Shown here: piece by piece, positions 23,101-33,178 of the stretch
How the letters are laid out: the number at the start of each line of letters is the position of its first letter
Position numbering within the stretch: position 1 is the first letter of the stretch
Source of the DNA: an uncultured Mycoplasmatota bacterium
GTDB lineage: Bacteria; Bacillota_I; Bacilli_A; RF39; UBA660
Assembly: GCA_948434005.1 (NCBI GenBank)
Contig: CAOJEH010000003.1
Coordinates: forward strand, 72,137 to 136,136
Reading direction: 5' to 3'
Length of the DNA: 64,000 nucleotides
The notes under the pieces: generated by a model
Database searches by the model: none
What the model saw: the letters and a program-made list of their open reading frames with translations, nothing else
Told to the model about the DNA's origin: nothing
Made by a program: the position numbers and the translations under genes

Positions 23101-24740
23101 GATAGTGAATGTCTTGCATAATTATTATCTAAAGTTCTAGATAGTTCTAGCGTATCTATAACTGGATTGGTAAACTGTCCTAGTCCATATTTTTGATATG
23201 CCATTTCTAAGAATGAAACATCAAATTTGGCATTATGAGCAACCATAGGTAAATCACCAAACCACTCTATAAACCTTTTTACAGCATTTTCTTCATTATC
23301 TTTTCCTTCTAACATATCATCAGTTATATTAGTAACATCAATAATTTTTTGTGGTAGTTTTCTGCCTGGATTAATTAACTCATCATATTTTTCAATTATT
23401 TCCCCATTACAAATTTTAACCGCACCAATTTCTATAATTGAGTCTGCACCACCGGCATTAAAGCCTGTTGTTTCAAAGTCGAATACTACATAGGTCTGCT
23501 CTAACATATTTTTATCATTTGGTCTAGTTACAATATTTACGGAATCATCTATTAAAGTTAGTTCTGCACCATATATAGCTTTAAAAGGTTCTTCTCCTTC
23601 AGCTAATTTCTTATTATGCGAAGTTACAAAATTAAATACATGTGGAAATGACTGTACTCCATTATGGTCTGTTATTCCAATTGCTTTATGTCCCCATTTA
23701 AGTGCCTGTTTAAGCAAATCTATTTCATCTGCTAAACCATCCATTTGACTCATTTTAGTATGACAATGTAATTCAACTCTTTTTTCTAAACTAGTATCTT
23801 CTATATTTTCTATTTTCTTTTCTACTTTAACTATATCTCTTGCATTTAATACTAATTCTTTTGAAAAAGTATCATTTTTTGTATATCCTCTAATTTTTAC
23901 CCAAGTACCTTCTGATAGTTCTTTTTTTAATCTCTTATATTCATCTTCATCTCTAACAAATACTTTACAATAAATACTATCAGAATAATCAGTTATTTTT
24001 AAAGTTATAATCTTAAAATCAGTTTTACTAGATTCAAAATAATCAGTACCAAATATATTAGCTTCTACTACAACATTATTATCTTCACCTATTAAGGTTT
24101 TTATTCTTATTGGTACTTCATCTATTCCTCTACCTAAAATACTATTAGGATCTTTTTCTCTTCTAAAACTTCTATTTCCTTTTTTAACCTCAGTTTTTTT
24201 TGTTTCTTTTGGAATATCTATTTTGATACTTTCTTCTAATTCTTTTTGAATTTCTTCTAAAACATTATCTTCTTTTCTAATAATTATGTCTATTTCTAAT
24301 TCATATGAAAACCTTTTATAAAAATCATTTATTTTATCAATACACTTACTTAATTTAGACTCTTCTATAGAATTAGATACTACAAGTATTAATTTGTTAT
24401 TTTCTATTTTTAAACAATCACTATAAATTTCTGGTACACCTATATCAAATTTTATTAATTCTAATAAATATGAATAGTAATTTAATAAGTAACTAATATC
24501 TTTATTATTAATATTATAAATTATATTAAATTCTTTTGTATTATTATCTATAAGTTTAATCTTAGAATCTAATTCTTTAACTATTTCTACAGGTATATAA
24601 TTTTCATTTTCAATAAAGATAGTCCAACTTGAATTTTTTGGACTAACAATTATTTTAGATAATTTAGCATTTTCAAAAGCATTATACATATCTTTATTAA
24701 AATCAATTTTATCAAGTAATAATTTCATTTTTTCTTCCAC
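20127..24740 (-). CDS. polC: DNA polymerase III PolC
   Basis: PHP ELHCHTKMS, exonuclease VFDFETTG, GSRGSVGSS, KVPDIDLNFS, GQHPGG. Confidence 0.98.
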   Translation of the reverse strand: MEEKMKLLLDKIDFNKDMYNAFENAKLSKIIVSPKNSSWTIFIENENYIPVEIVKELDSKIKLIDNNTKEFNIIYNINNKDISYLLNYYSYLLELIKFDIGVPEIYSDCLKIENNKLILVVSNSIEESKLSKCIDKINDFYKRFSYELEIDIIIRKEDNVLEEIQKELEESIKIDIPKETKKTEVKKGNRSFRREKDPNSILGRGIDEVPIRIKTLIGEDNNVVVEANIFGTDYFESSKTDFKIITLKITDYSDSIYCKVFVRDEDEYKRLKKELSEGTWVKIRGYTKNDTFSKELVLNARDIVKVEKKIENIEDTSLEKRVELHCHTKMSQMDGLADEIDLLKQALKWGHKAIGITDHNGVQSFPHVFNFVTSHNKKLAEGEEPFKAIYGAELTLIDDSVNIVTRPNDKNMLEQTYVVFDFETTGFNAGGADSIIEIGAVKICNGEIIEKYDELINPGRKLPQKIIDVTNITDDMLEGKDNEENAVKRFIEWFGDLPMVAHNAKFDVSFLEMAYQKYGLGQFTNPVIDTLELSRTLDNNYARHSLSALVKRYNVPWDEEAHHRGDYDAEGTALVFHKMLEKLDNRHIENMNQLDELVSRDEIHKYGRSYHVNILVKNKVGLKNLFKLISLANTTYLYKTPRILRSEINKNREGLLIGSGCYESEVFVEARSKSEDELSNIIRFYDYVEVQPIECYDHLIQSGDFGNKVEVGAHLEKIIRVTEEAGKFIVATGDVHHIKRDDKIYREIIVNQKVPGGGRHPLARKNIKEIPSNHFRTTDEMLEDFKFLKDEELIKRIVIDNPNKIADMVEIIEVIIDTGGIPFSPRVKSDDGKSYLDCPRVVTDLVYTKAKDWYGETLPHYIEERIATELYGDIVLKTIKEELSSKELSDDDMEKETFKQLHSVITDGFDAVKELVREHIKEKSEEKLSDEELDKELNKSLGGIIGGGFDPIYLISQRLVKHSNDEGYLVGSRGSVGSSFVATMMGITEVNPLPAHYRCSKCKTSIFNDDEGKSLGANYSSGFDLPDKVCPNCNIPLIKDGQDMPFATFLGFNADKVPDIDLNFSDLNQASAHAYTKVLFGEDNVYRAGTIGTVAEKTAYGFVKGYLEDNGIEDIRTAEIERLAMGCTGVKRTTGQHPGGIVVIPDYMDVYDFSPFQFPAEDINAEWRTTHFDYHAIDQDVLKLDILGHSDPTQLRLIQMQSNTDIMKVPLDDKDTMSIFTSTKALGVTKEQIMCNTGTLGIPEFGTPFTIKLVEDTKPTTFAELVKISGLSHGTDVWLGNAQELIQNNVVPFSETIGCRDDIMVYLMYHDVEPIKAFKIMEFVRKGKASKDPETWKGHVKTMEDAKIPEWFINSCAKIKYMFPKAHAAAYVISAFRIAWYKVHMPVYFYASWYSSKATDVDVESMIKGYDSIREKILDIQAKGYEATNKENGQLESLKIALEAAARGIKFLNVDLYKSEATTWLVNSDNEIYPPFNSIDGLGDTVANKIVEERKNKPFLSMEDVQTRGKVSKTLLDKMEEMGILKDLPESNQLSLF

Positions 24741-24763
24741 GGATATACACCCCCCTGCTGTTA

Positions 24764-25612
24764 TTATATAATTTCTAGCTCATCTATTTTCACAATATGT
24801 TTTTGATTTCTAATACAAAAATCTATAAAACCATATAAGTCTAATTTTCTTAATTGCACTTCATTTGTATATCTTGAAATATCAAAATCTACTTTATCGC
24901 GACTTATATATTCACCCATCTTACTTTTATCAACACCTAAATACATTAACCAATATGGGTATATTTGCTTCTTTAAATACTTTAAAGTATTATCTCCACT
25001 TAAATAATGTGTAACGCCTGTAAGTCTTGTTGCAAATTCATTTATTATAGCAAGTTCTACTATAGCATCTACTATATCCTTATACTCTTCTTTATAATCT
25101 CTTAGCTCTCTTTTAACAATTTCAAATATTAAATTAATTATAGAATTATATGGATTATCACTATCAAATTTCTTTCCCCATACTATAGTATTCATTTTAG
25201 AGCCTTTTACTTTTGTAGAATCTACAATATCTAATTGCTCACATACAACCAAAACGTTATATAGTTTAATATCAAATCTTAATATATCTTTTAACTCTTT
25301 TACAGCGTTTTTTTTATTCTCATCCCATTTTTCTAATAGTTTAACTCTAAATTTATCAGTTATTTTTTTTACTCTTTCATAGTCTTTATTTTCCATAATA
25401 ATATTATATATTGTATCATCATCAGGTATAAAGTTTTTTGGATCTTTTAGTATTTTTAAATTATCTTGAAATGTTTCATTATATTGTTTTTTATAATTAA
25501 TCCATATCTTTTGCTTTAAATTGTGAAGCTCTTCTGATATAGATGCTTGAAATAATAAATTCCATATTAATACATAGTCATTAACTACAAATTTTAAGTT
25601 CATATAATACAC
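24764..25612 (-). CDS. Hypothetical protein upstream of polC
   Basis: 282-aa ORF with RBS; no motif recognised. Confidence 0.6.
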   Translation of the reverse strand: MYYMNLKFVVNDYVLIWNLLFQASISEELHNLKQKIWINYKKQYNETFQDNLKILKDPKNFIPDDDTIYNIIMENKDYERVKKITDKFRVKLLEKWDENKKNAVKELKDILRFDIKLYNVLVVCEQLDIVDSTKVKGSKMNTIVWGKKFDSDNPYNSIINLIFEIVKRELRDYKEEYKDIVDAIVELAIINEFATRLTGVTHYLSGDNTLKYLKKQIYPYWLMYLGVDKSKMGEYISRDKVDFDISRYTNEVQLRKLDLYGFIDFCIRNQKHIVKIDELEII

Positions 25613-25682
25613 ATCCTTACTACATATAAATAATATATCATAAATAAGAAAAGAATAAAATATTTTTACTAAAAAAGAACTA

Positions 25683-26492
25683 TTAATTAAACTGATAGTT
25701 CTCTTCTACTTCTTTCAAATATATTTCTACTCCTTTAGAATTATTATCTAGTGTAGTAGCGTCCGCAACCTTTTTCAACTCTTTACAAGCATTTTTCATA
25801 GCTACACCACAGCCTGATTTTTTTAATAATTCTATATCATTTAATCCATCACCAAATGATATTACATCCTCCATACTTATATTTAATTTATTTACTAATA
25901 GTTCTAATCCTTTTGCTTTACTTACTGAATAATTTGTTATATCAACTATATACTTTTTATCATTAATTATTAAACTAGCATTTATATCTAACTCTAGATT
26001 TCTTATTTCATCAAGGGATTTTTCTGCTTCTTTTCTACTTTTAAAATATAGTTCTATCTTATAGATATTATTTTTATTTTCGTTAAGGAACTCTTCTTTA
26101 TCATCTACTACTATAGTGTCTATATCATCTGTATAAGCACTTTTTTCACTTATTAAATTCCATGTCTTATTATTAACCAAATATATAATAGCTTTATCAT
26201 AATAATTCTTTAGTATTCTTTTTATATTTCTAATTCCAATATTCTTTTTAAAAATAGTTTTATCTTTATTATTATCATAAATATATGCCCCATTTGAAGT
26301 AATTAAATAATCAATAAAAGGAAAATCTTTATTATAATAATTTACTGATTCTATAGGCCTTCCTGTTGCAATTACAAATTTTATACCTTTTCTACGTAAT
26401 TCATCTATTAATACTATTGTACTTGCTGGTATTTCTCCATCATCATTTATCAAGGTTTTATCAAAGTCACATACAATTAGTTTATACATCAT
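25683..26492 (-). CDS. Cof-type HAD-IIB hydrolase
   Basis: DFDKTL, ATGR, FGDGLND. Confidence 0.9.
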   Translation of the reverse strand: MMYKLIVCDFDKTLINDDGEIPASTIVLIDELRRKGIKFVIATGRPIESVNYYNKDFPFIDYLITSNGAYIYDNNKDKTIFKKNIGIRNIKRILKNYYDKAIIYLVNNKTWNLISEKSAYTDDIDTIVVDDKEEFLNENKNNIYKIELYFKSRKEAEKSLDEIRNLELDINASLIINDKKYIVDITNYSVSKAKGLELLVNKLNISMEDVISFGDGLNDIELLKKSGCGVAMKNACKELKKVADATTLDNNSKGVEIYLKEVEENYQFN

Positions 26493-27087
26493 ATTTCCTC
26501 CTAATCCTTACAAAGATTATTAAATATATAAGTGATAATATATATCCTGCTACTACATCTGAAAAATAATGTACTCCTAAATATATTCTACTAATACCTA
26601 TTAAAATTATCAAGATACTAAATATAGATATTCCAAGATATTTTAAATATTTATTACTTACCTTTTTATAAATTAAATAAATTAGATATCCATATACACC
26701 CATAGATATCATAGAATGACCACTAGGATAACTATATTCACCTATTTTAATTAACCTTAATATAGCAGGTCTATCCCTTCTAATAATTATCTTAACAATA
26801 TAATTTAATAGTCTAAGACAAATTAAATTAAATATTATAAAAATAGCATCTTTATTTCTTAATAACAGTAATATTAATAATACAAATATAACTAAAAATA
26901 CTACTTCTGACAATTTGGTTATAATCTTAAAGAAAGTAGTTAAACTTTGATTTTTAAATCCTATTACAAATTGATAAATCCTACTATCTATAGATTCTGT
27001 ATTATTAGTCACAACTAATATTGTTATTAATATAAATAAAATTATTAAACTAATAAGTAAAATATTTTTCTTTTTCATTATATCCAC
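26482..27087 (-). CDS. PAP2-family membrane phosphatase
   Basis: K...RDRP, SYPSGH, SRIYLGVHYFSDV. Confidence 0.92.
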   Translation of the reverse strand: MDIMKKKNILLISLIILFILITILVVTNNTESIDSRIYQFVIGFKNQSLTTFFKIITKLSEVVFLVIFVLLILLLLRNKDAIFIIFNLICLRLLNYIVKIIIRRDRPAILRLIKIGEYSYPSGHSMISMGVYGYLIYLIYKKVSNKYLKYLGISIFSILIILIGISRIYLGVHYFSDVVAGYILSLIYLIIFVRIRRKYDV

Positions 27088-27137
27088 CTAATCTATTATA
27101 ACACAAAAAAAGTAGCTTTATTCGCCACTTTATATTT

Positions 27138-28121
27138 TTATGATACAATAAATTGTTCTAGAACATATCTTACTATATAATACGCTCCTATAGCTAAGAT
27201 AGCACATAGTATTATGATTAAAATTATTTTTATTACTAGAGGCAGACCTTTTTCTTCCTCATAATCACCATCAATATCAAAATCTTTATCTGATAAGTCC
27301 ATTGATTTAGTATAAAATGATTTATCTAAGTCCTTCATGATATCGTCAGTAGTATCAGTAACTTGCTTTTTAGCTTGTTTAAGCTCTTTTAGGGCTTCTT
27401 TATCTAATACCTCTTTTGATAAATCAACTTTATCTTCTTGTTCATCCTTTTCATCTTTATCGTTTTCATTATCAGGCTCTTTTTTATTACCATCTGAGTC
27501 GTAATCTTTTGGATCAACTTTATCCATTACATTTGTTGCCATTAAATCACTTAATAAGTCAACTCCTGTATCTTTAGATATCTCTCCTGCTAGAGTCTTT
27601 GATGTTATAGTATCAATTAAATTTCTTAATTCATCTTCTTCTGGTTTATTCTTTTCTACTTTATCTTTTCTATATCTTTCTAGTTCTTCTTTATTAAGGG
27701 ATGCTAAAATATTATAATTTGTATTCTTTAATTTTCTTTTATTTTCTAGTTCATCTCTATCTTTTCTATTTTCTTTTGCTTTTTCTAATACACTATTAAT
27801 ATCATAAACTCTATTTTCTTGTTCTTGATATAAATAATTGAATTCATCTAAATCTTTTTGTGCCTTTGGTCTTCTATCAACATTACCATACTCTCTAATT
27901 GTTTGATAACCCTCTCTTGTACGATAATTTTTTTTTGCATCATTTAGGGAAATAGCATCTATTTTACTTACATCTGTAAAATTTGTATATTTAGCATTAT
28001 TGCCAATATTATCATACAAATCTTGATTTTTATCAGAACGACTAATTGTTTCGTTATCTGTTATATCTACTCTTTTGTATCTATCCATTCTACTTCTCAT
28101 TCTTGACACCCTCTTATACAT
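27138..28121 (-). CDS. Acidic hypothetical protein with C-terminal membrane anchor
   Basis: Charged low-complexity body with a single C-terminal TM. Confidence 0.6.
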   Translation of the reverse strand: MYKRVSRMRSRMDRYKRVDITDNETISRSDKNQDLYDNIGNNAKYTNFTDVSKIDAISLNDAKKNYRTREGYQTIREYGNVDRRPKAQKDLDEFNYLYQEQENRVYDINSVLEKAKENRKDRDELENKRKLKNTNYNILASLNKEELERYRKDKVEKNKPEEDELRNLIDTITSKTLAGEISKDTGVDLLSDLMATNVMDKVDPKDYDSDGNKKEPDNENDKDEKDEQEDKVDLSKEVLDKEALKELKQAKKQVTDTTDDIMKDLDKSFYTKSMDLSDKDFDIDGDYEEEKGLPLVIKIILIIILCAILAIGAYYIVRYVLEQFIVS

Positions 28122-28242
28122 TAATCCTCTATTATAAGGATATCATATATAGTAAAATTAATTAAGTTTTTTAATAAATGTCATTTTTTCTTTACGTAAA
28201 GAATAATTTTAGTTATAATGAGTAAGAAAGGAAGTATTTATA

Positions 28243-28431
28243 ATGAAAGTAAAAGTTAATGATGATGCTTGTATAGGTTGTGGAGCTTGTACTGCTATTG
28301 CACCTGAAGTATTTGAAATGAATGATGAAGGACTATCTACTCCTATAGTAGATGAAGTAGCAGAAGATAGTATTGATAACGCTAAAGAAGCAATAGAATC
28401 TTGCCCTACAGGAGCAATTGAAGAAGAATAA
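28243..28431 (+). CDS. fer: Single-cluster ferredoxin
   Basis: CIGCGAC...CPTGAI; AAGGAAG RBS. Confidence 0.92.
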   Translation: MKVKVNDDACIGCGACTAIAPEVFEMNDEGLSTPIVDEVAEDSIDNAKEAIESCPTGAIEEE

Positions 28432-28447
28432 AAAAATGACAATCTAG

Positions 28448-29260
28448 TCATTTTTTTTTCGTATAAACTGTTTTTTTAGAGCCTACATTTGAACCATCTA
28501 TCTCCCATGTCTGTGGTCTCATTTGATGGAATAATTTACACATCGTTATTTCTTCGTAAATTGAATCAGCATCTTCCTTTTTATATTTATTTGATAACTC
28601 TTGATAAGTATACTCGTATAATCTAACTTTATCTAATTCAGCTAAATTTGTAAAACTATAATAATTGACAATATCCCATTCCCAATGTTCTATTACTTCA
28701 TCATAATATTCATCTTCTTGATAAAAATCATAAATTAGTTCTGCCTTTTCTTCCATATCCCAGTTTTTATTCATTAATATTAAATATCTTATATCAAAAA
28801 ATCCTAAACTATGTGATGGTACTATACTATGTAGTTTTGTATTACTTTGAAACATAGCTTCTTTTACTGCAAATTTCTTTTGTTCTTCTGTTAATTCTAA
28901 ATCAGGATTACATAGTGTTTTTTCTAAAAAAGTAGACTTTTTTATACCACTACCACTAAGTCTCGCAATATCTGCATTTGTATAAATAATATTTATAAGT
29001 TCATTATAAATATTTGGAGAAACATCATTACAATTATTTAAAATAGCATCTGCTATTAATAAACCAAATAATGTATAGTTATTTCTTCTGTTTTTAGTTA
29101 CTTTAATAGCAGTTTTCAAGACACTTTCATTTTCTTTTATTTCGTTCCAAATTTCACAGTAAAAACTATTATCTCCTCTAAAAGCTGCCTCATATAAATC
29201 TTGATTATAAGACGTAGTTTCTATCTCTTCTTCTGTTAACTCTTTTTTCATATACCTCAC
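28448..29260 (-). CDS. Orphan protein with basic C-terminus
   Basis: 270-aa ORF with own TGnTATAAT promoter; ends SKKTVYTKKK. Confidence 0.65.
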   Translation of the reverse strand: MRYMKKELTEEEIETTSYNQDLYEAAFRGDNSFYCEIWNEIKENESVLKTAIKVTKNRRNNYTLFGLLIADAILNNCNDVSPNIYNELINIIYTNADIARLSGSGIKKSTFLEKTLCNPDLELTEEQKKFAVKEAMFQSNTKLHSIVPSHSLGFFDIRYLILMNKNWDMEEKAELIYDFYQEDEYYDEVIEHWEWDIVNYYSFTNLAELDKVRLYEYTYQELSNKYKKEDADSIYEEITMCKLFHQMRPQTWEIDGSNVGSKKTVYTKKK

Positions 29261-29301
29261 TCCCTAAATAAATTATAACAAAAAAAATAGTATTGTAAAT
29301 A

Positions 29302-30015
29302 CTAATTTTTTATTGAATATATAATTGAAATTTCTTTTGGAGTTAATCTTCTATATTTACCAGATGAGACCCCATCTAGAGTAAATATCCCTACCCTTTC
29401 CCTTTTTAACTTTAATACTTCAAATCCTACGGCTTCAAACATTTTTTTAACTTGGTGGTTCCTACCTTCATGAATAACTATTTCCACAGTTGATGTATTA
29501 TTATTAATATTAGTCTTTCTTAACTTAACTCTACATTTTTCACATTTTCTTCCATCTATAATAACACCATTTTTTAATTTATTAATAGCATCTCCCTTAA
29601 TAATTCCTCTAATTTTTGCAATATATACTTTATCTATCTTATTATTTGGATGCATTAATATATTAGCAAATTCTCCATCATTAGTAAGAAGTAAAACCCC
29701 TGTAGTATCATAATCTAATCTTCCTATTGGATATATTCTTTTATTTGTATTAATTATATCTACTACAGTTTTCCTTCCTTTATCATCGCTAACTGAAGTT
29801 ATAACTTCACGTGGTTTATTTAAAAGATAGTATTCTTTTTCTTCTTTTGTTAATATTTCTTCATCTATAATAATTTCTTCTTTACCACCTACTTTTGTTC
29901 CTAACTCTGTTACTATTTTTCCATCTACTGTTACTTTACCACTTGTTATTAATTCTTCTGCTTTTCTTCTAGATGTATATCCTGTTTCTGCAATAAATTT
30001 TTGTAATCGTTCCAT
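29302..30015 (-). CDS. rluB: 23S rRNA pseudouridine synthase (RluB/RsuA family)
   Basis: S4 domain MERLQKFIA...SRRKAEE, GRLDYDTTG, EGRNHQVK. Confidence 0.9.
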   Translation of the reverse strand: MERLQKFIAETGYTSRRKAEELITSGKVTVDGKIVTELGTKVGGKEEIIIDEEILTKEEKEYYLLNKPREVITSVSDDKGRKTVVDIINTNKRIYPIGRLDYDTTGVLLLTNDGEFANILMHPNNKIDKVYIAKIRGIIKGDAINKLKNGVIIDGRKCEKCRVKLRKTNINNNTSTVEIVIHEGRNHQVKKMFEAVGFEVLKLKRERVGIFTLDGVSSGKYRRLTPKEISIIYSIKN

Positions 30016-30154
30016 ATCTTCACCTTCGCTATTATCATTTTAACTTACTTTTTCTAAATTATCAATTAAATCTTAGTGGTAATTGTTTTATTGCTTTACA
30101 TTCACAACAAAATAGTAATACTGTTATTTTCCTTAATCTTATTACTAATAATAA

Positions 30155-30183
30155 GCACTTTATTTATAGTTTCTCATACTTTA
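30155..30183 (+). promoter_or_regulatory. sigK-like promoter
   Basis: GCAC-N16-CATACTTTA, an exact AC-N16-CATANNNTA match. Confidence 0.65.
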
Positions 30184-30202
30184 TTTATAAAGGAGTGTTT
30201 TT

Positions 30203-30547
30203 ATGAATAATTATTGTTCTAATAATATGTGTTATCGTAATTATCAAACCCCAAGTAATAGTTCTAATGAATATTATAGAGAAAGCGTAATACCTAATTC
30301 TTATCAAATGAATCCTTATAATTCTAATTCTTTTACTAATTTTAATACACCAAATGGTAATTTTGGAACAGAAGATGATAGATTCTTCTTTGCCCCATTT
30401 TTAGTTGGAGGATTAGCAGGAACAGCTTTAGGATATGGTATTGCTAATAACAATCAAATAAAAAACGGAGGTTACTATATGCCACCTCCACCAATTTACT
30501 ACTATCCAACACCTACACCATATACATATAACAACTATTATTATTAA
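30203..30547 (+). CDS. Tyr/Pro/Asn-rich spore coat-like protein
   Basis: DRFFFAPFLVGGLAGTALG plus YYMPPPPIYYYP tail; sigK-like promoter. Confidence 0.6.
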   Translation: MNNYCSNNMCYRNYQTPSNSSNEYYRESVIPNSYQMNPYNSNSFTNFNTPNGNFGTEDDRFFFAPFLVGGLAGTALGYGIANNNQIKNGGYYMPPPPIYYYPTPTPYTYNNYYY

Positions 30548-30560
30548 AAGAAAAGTTTAA

Positions 30561-31817
30561 TTACTTTTCTTTTTTATATGGCAGTTTTATAGTAACTTGA
30601 GTATACTTTTTATTAACAGATGAATACTTCATAGTACCATCATGTAGCTCTATTATTTCTTTTGATAATGCTACTCCTAATCCAGTACCTTTTTCCTTAG
30701 TTGTATAAAACATTTCTGATACTTTAGAAAGTGTTTTTTTATCCATACCTATACCATTATCTTTTATTTTTATAACTACATTTGTCTTACCTTTTATAAC
30801 TTCTATATTAATATACTTATATTTTTTCTTTTTATCTTTAGCTTCTATACTATTTTTAAATATATTAACTAATACTTGTTTCATTCTATTGTAATCTAAA
30901 TCCATATATATTTCATCATCTGGAATATCAAATTCTAATTTAACACCGGCTTTTTTAAATAGAGGTTCTGATACATCACAACTATCTTCTAATAACATAT
31001 ATAAATCAACATTCTCTCTATTTATCTTTACTTTAGTATAATCTAAGAAATCATCCATAAGTATTAGAGTCCTATCTATTTGGTCTTTTATAATTGGTAC
31101 ATATCTTTCTATTTTATCTCTATCAGAATAATCAATCATATCTAAATATCCCTTACATACTGCGATAGGATTTTTAATTTCATGGGTTATCTTAAACAAA
31201 GATTCTCTTAGAGATTTTTCTTTTTCTAATTCATTAGTTATATTATTTAAATCTATTATATCTTCACCTTTTTTTATAATATATAAACATAAATATGCGA
31301 TAAAGGTAAATATTGTCATTGTCATAAATAGATCTATAAAATTATCTATAATGTCATTTTGATTATTAAATATTAAAAATGTTTGTAAAGATAAAGTAAA
31401 ACTTTTTATAATTACGAAAGTTGTTAATATAGCTATTTTAGAGGCTTTTCTTCTATGGGTTATATAATTACATATTAAAAAGTACATTGTATATTCTATT
31501 ATTAATATAAAGTAACTTATAGTTGTTGTGTTTTTATAATATACTACTAAAAATAATGATATTAGAATTGCAGTTAAATTTTTCTTTTTTAAATACGCTA
31601 GTAATAATAAAACATTATATATAATCATTGGATATATTAAAGAACTATTTCTACCATATTTAAATAATAAGTATAATGATGAAAATAGCGCTATTTCTAA
31701 AGATAAGCTCTTATATTTTTTATCTAATTTAGTAGCACATAGTGTTACTAGTAAATAAACTAATAACGGAAATAATAAATAAATACTATTTAATAGTATA
31801 CCTTCAAGTATTTGCAT
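30561..31817 (-). CDS. Orphan membrane sensor histidine kinase (sporulation-kinase-like)
   Basis: About 6 TMs; THEIKNP H-box, QVLVNIFKNSIEA, DNGIG, TTKEKGTGLG; no adjacent response regulator. Confidence 0.9.
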   Translation of the reverse strand: MQILEGILLNSIYLLFPLLVYLLVTLCATKLDKKYKSLSLEIALFSSLYLLFKYGRNSSLIYPMIIYNVLLLLAYLKKKNLTAILISLFLVVYYKNTTTISYFILIIEYTMYFLICNYITHRRKASKIAILTTFVIIKSFTLSLQTFLIFNNQNDIIDNFIDLFMTMTIFTFIAYLCLYIIKKGEDIIDLNNITNELEKEKSLRESLFKITHEIKNPIAVCKGYLDMIDYSDRDKIERYVPIIKDQIDRTLILMDDFLDYTKVKINRENVDLYMLLEDSCDVSEPLFKKAGVKLEFDIPDDEIYMDLDYNRMKQVLVNIFKNSIEAKDKKKKYKYINIEVIKGKTNVVIKIKDNGIGMDKKTLSKVSEMFYTTKEKGTGLGVALSKEIIELHDGTMKYSSVNKKYTQVTIKLPYKKEK

Positions 31818-31853
31818 TTTCCAACACCTCAGCTACATTATATTAAATAGTTT

Positions 31854-31870
31854 TGTCGAATTTTGTCGAA
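31854..31870. promoter_or_regulatory. Tandem Spo0A boxes
   Basis: TGTCGAA at 31854-60 and 31864-70 (10-bp period) over the -35 region of the kinase promoter (TATAAT at 31837-42, minus strand). Confidence 0.75.
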
Positions 31871-31895
31871 ATATATAAAAAAATGACGTTTATTG

Positions 31896-32210
31896 TCATT
31901 TTATTTCATCAATATACTTTTTTAATTGTTTAGATTCAGGTCCTAGAATTATTTTTAACTGATTATCTATTTCAACAATTCCTTTAGCACCTAACTTCTG
32001 AATAGAATCTTTATTTGCTTTACTAACATCATTTAAGGTAACTTTAAATCTAGATAAATTTATTTCAGATGAGATAATATTATCTTTACCTCCTAAAGCC
32101 TCTACTAATTTATTAAAATCTAGTTTAGCATCTTTTTTATTAGCTTTTAATATTGCTAGTAGGACTACTATTAATACTACTCCTATTATTATATATTGTA
32201 TATATTTCAT
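31896..32210 (-). CDS. Membrane-anchored stand-alone PTS EIIB-like protein lacking the phospho-Cys
   Basis: ALGGKDNI...SRFKVTL...LGAKG; N at the position of the usual C in C-x-T-R-L-R. Confidence 0.75.
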   Translation of the reverse strand: MKYIQYIIIGVVLIVVLLAILKANKKDAKLDFNKLVEALGGKDNIISSEINLSRFKVTLNDVSKANKDSIQKLGAKGIVEIDNQLKIILGPESKQLKKYIDEIK

Positions 32211-32387
32211 TTTTATCACCATATTCATTATACATTATTATATGAAAAAATAAAAGATATTTAACTATTAATCAATTTATTGATAGTAGTAAAAATTATT
32301 TTTAAACATATAATTATATAGGTATAAGCTATACACTATTTTTTTATAAATGAATATCTTATATTAGAAAAGATAAGGAGGAATTTT

Positions 32388-32765
32388 ATGGAAAAAGATG
32401 AAAATTGTTGCTTAGCTAAAATATTAAGAGTAATAGACATCTTACAAAAAGAATGTAATTCTGGTTGTATTAGTGAAGGATGCGATAGACCTTTCCTAGG
32501 TGGTGGGGAATTTTCTATTTATAATACTAGACCAATAACTTTATATAGTAGATCAGGTAATTTATTTGTTGCAAACTATTTTGTTAACAATGTAGTTACT
32601 ACATCATCTACATTTAGAGTTGAAGATGTAAATGGTTGCTGTGCCAAACTTAGAATTCTAGAGTCTACAGAAGGTGGATTTAATGCCACTAATGAATTTG
32701 TGACTGTTAACTTAGAATGTTTCTGCATCTTAAGATGTTTACCTGATACTTCTATTGAATTATAA
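32388..32765 (+). CDS. CotY/CotZ-family Cys-rich spore coat protein
   Basis: CDRPFLG, NTRPITLY, FRVEDV..CCAKLRIL, VNLECFC. Confidence 0.8.
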   Translation: MEKDENCCLAKILRVIDILQKECNSGCISEGCDRPFLGGGEFSIYNTRPITLYSRSGNLFVANYFVNNVVTTSSTFRVEDVNGCCAKLRILESTEGGFNATNEFVTVNLECFCILRCLPDTSIEL

Positions 32766-32785
32766 TTGAGGAGGAGAATATTTAT

Positions 32786-33163
32786 ATGTGTAATGATAAA
32801 GAAGAAAAAAGATGCAATGAATGTAACTGCATCAGTGATATCTTAAATAGAATAATCCATTTACAAAGAAATAGCTATAGATCTTGTCCTAATGAGGGAT
32901 GTGATAAGCCATTCTTAGGACCTGATAATATTGAATGTTTCAATACTAGACCAATTTCTTTTTATAACTGTACAACAGGTAATATTTGGGAAGTAAATGG
33001 AAGTACAATATTTAGATTAGAATCACTTGATGATTGTTGCTGCACTTGTAGAATTTTAAATTTCGCTGATGGTGTATACACTGCTACTAATGATTTCTTT
33101 ACAATTAACTTAGAGTGTGTAAGTGCTATAAAATGCTATGGCGATATAAATTTAGCTATGTAA
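32786..33163 (+). CDS. CotY/CotZ-family spore coat protein (tandem paralog)
   Basis: CDKPFLG, NTRPISFY, FRLESLDDCCCTCRIL. Confidence 0.8.
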   Translation: MCNDKEEKRCNECNCISDILNRIIHLQRNSYRSCPNEGCDKPFLGPDNIECFNTRPISFYNCTTGNIWEVNGSTIFRLESLDDCCCTCRILNFADGVYTATNDFFTINLECVSAIKCYGDINLAM

Positions 33164-33178
33164 AAAAATAAAAATCCA

